A DNA stretch of 53,785 nt from Candidatus Tayloriibacteriota bacterium (lineage in GTDB: Bacteria; Patescibacteriota; Minisyncoccia; Phycocordibacterales; PALSA-1337). The stretch spans positions 1-53,785 of the forward strand of contig JANNAN010000019.1 in NCBI GenBank assembly GCA_031384385.1. The letters run 5' to 3'. The position numbers and the translations under genes are program-made. Position 1 is the stretch's first letter. The number at the start of each line of letters is the position of its first letter. Below the pieces are notes generated by a model. It was not told the origin of the DNA, made no database searches, and saw nothing but the letters and a program-made list of their open reading frames with translations. Shown here piece by piece: positions 53,343 to 53,785 of this stretch.

Positions 53343-53765
53343 CTATTTTCTTATTGGCGTGGGAGATGTAGGTATCTTATCGGAAGGAAGTGGTAATGGG
53401 GAAGGATTTGGTGTTCCTGGCTTAGTCACTCTTTTGCTAGCAGTATTATTTGTTCCAGCAATTTTATTTAAGAAATTTCCAAATCCACCTAGTATCCCTC
53501 CTACAACCCTCACTCCACCCTTACCGATATCGACTATTCCGCCAACCACAGGTCCATTGAATATATTACTGATAGACCCTGATGGTGGTGCCTGAATTAC
53601 TCCATTAGTAATTGAATTTGTCTGTGCAAGTAGTCCCGAATTATCTGTCGTATCAATATATGCCGTACCATTTGTACTATTTGAAAAGATAATTCCAATA
53701 ATAATAAGAATTACAATAATCCCCCCCCCCCACAAAACAATCTTTCTAATTAAATTTTTATTCAT
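53343..53765 (-). CDS. small secreted/anchored Gly- and Pro-rich protein carrying a poly-G tract in codons 12-15
   Basis: 140 aa with N-terminal anchor IVLWGGGIIVILIIIGIIF and a C-terminal Pro-rich tail PGTPNPSPLPLPSDKIPTSPTP. Confidence 0.55.
   Translation of the reverse strand: MNKNLIRKIVLWGGGIIVILIIIGIIFSNSTNGTAYIDTTDNSGLLAQTNSITNGVIQAPPSGSISNIFNGPVVGGIVDIGKGGVRVVGGILGGFGNFLNKIAGTNNTASKRVTKPGTPNPSPLPLPSDKIPTSPTPIRK
53721..53731 (-). repeat. 11-nt homopolymeric G tract (C on the plus strand) within a coding sequence
   Basis: Plus strand reads aat-ccccccccccc-acaaaac, encoding W-G-G-G (TGG GGG GGG GGG) on the minus strand. It is the only long G/C homopolymer I noticed in the window. Confidence 0.9.
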
Positions 53766-53785
53766 TTCAATAATTTTTTTGATAA

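Noticed and set aside
1-53785. Search for CRISPR arrays, transposases, integrases, reverse transcriptases (DGRs), toxin-antitoxin pairs or restriction-modification genes.
   Set aside because: I saw no repeat-spacer periodicity and no ORF with recognisable motifs of these families. Every spacer over 100 nt was inspected by eye.
1-53785. Alternative genetic code (UGA recoding, as in some CPR lineages).
   Set aside because: All conserved genes (dnaA, polA, PBP, ruvB, virB4 and others) are full length under the standard code, with no in-frame TGA interruptions evident from the ORF track.

Overview
This is a low-GC (roughly one third G+C by eye, not computed), very gene-dense bacterial chromosome segment that contains the replication-origin neighbourhood (yidC-rnpA-rpmH on the minus strand, then dnaA-dnaN, with DnaA-box clusters on both sides of dnaA). 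The short housekeeping proteins, a T4SS_pilin-type gene, scattered type IV pilus genes, convergent genes with overlapping 3' ends and the absence of visible biosynthetic pathways suggest a Patescibacteria/CPR-like genome; that is inference only. The standard genetic code fits, because all long ORFs are intact.

The window has four blocks:
- Block 1 (1-12181): a 12-gene plus-strand operon encoding a minimal type IV secretion-like apparatus (VirB4 ATPase, VirB6/TrbL-like, PrgI/VirB3-like and T4SS-pilin-like proteins, plus 8 proteins with no recognisable family). No relaxase or coupling protein is visible.
- Block 2 (12189-28811): housekeeping genes, namely yidC, rnpA, rpmH, dnaA, dnaN, a class A PBP, tyrS, ruvC, yebC, ruvB, a PilB/GspE ATPase, tsaE, polA and a holA-like gene.
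- Block 3 (28794-39591): a tightly coupled nine-gene minus-strand operon, which I rate the most interesting feature. It encodes a Gly-rich tail-fibre-like protein, a LamG-like protein, two paralogous beta-rich subunit proteins, a DUF916/DUF3324-like membrane-anchored protein, a dockerin protein, two membrane-anchored cohesin-like proteins and an orphan histidine kinase. It lies directly downstream of a tRNA-Lys gene, and a duplicate of that tRNA's 3' end sits 125 nt further on.
- Block 4 (39847-53785): housekeeping genes (trmH-like, mutM, amidase, Mur ligase, ruvA, rpsT, ruvX, dedA, pilMNO, an rluA-family gene, rplS, a PduO-type adenosyltransferase) interspersed with six tRNAs. It ends with a small secreted-protein gene carrying an 11-nt poly-G tract, a candidate phase-variation switch.

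I saw no rRNA, CRISPR array, transposase, integrase or reverse transcriptase. All family assignments come from motif recognition by eye; no searches were run.
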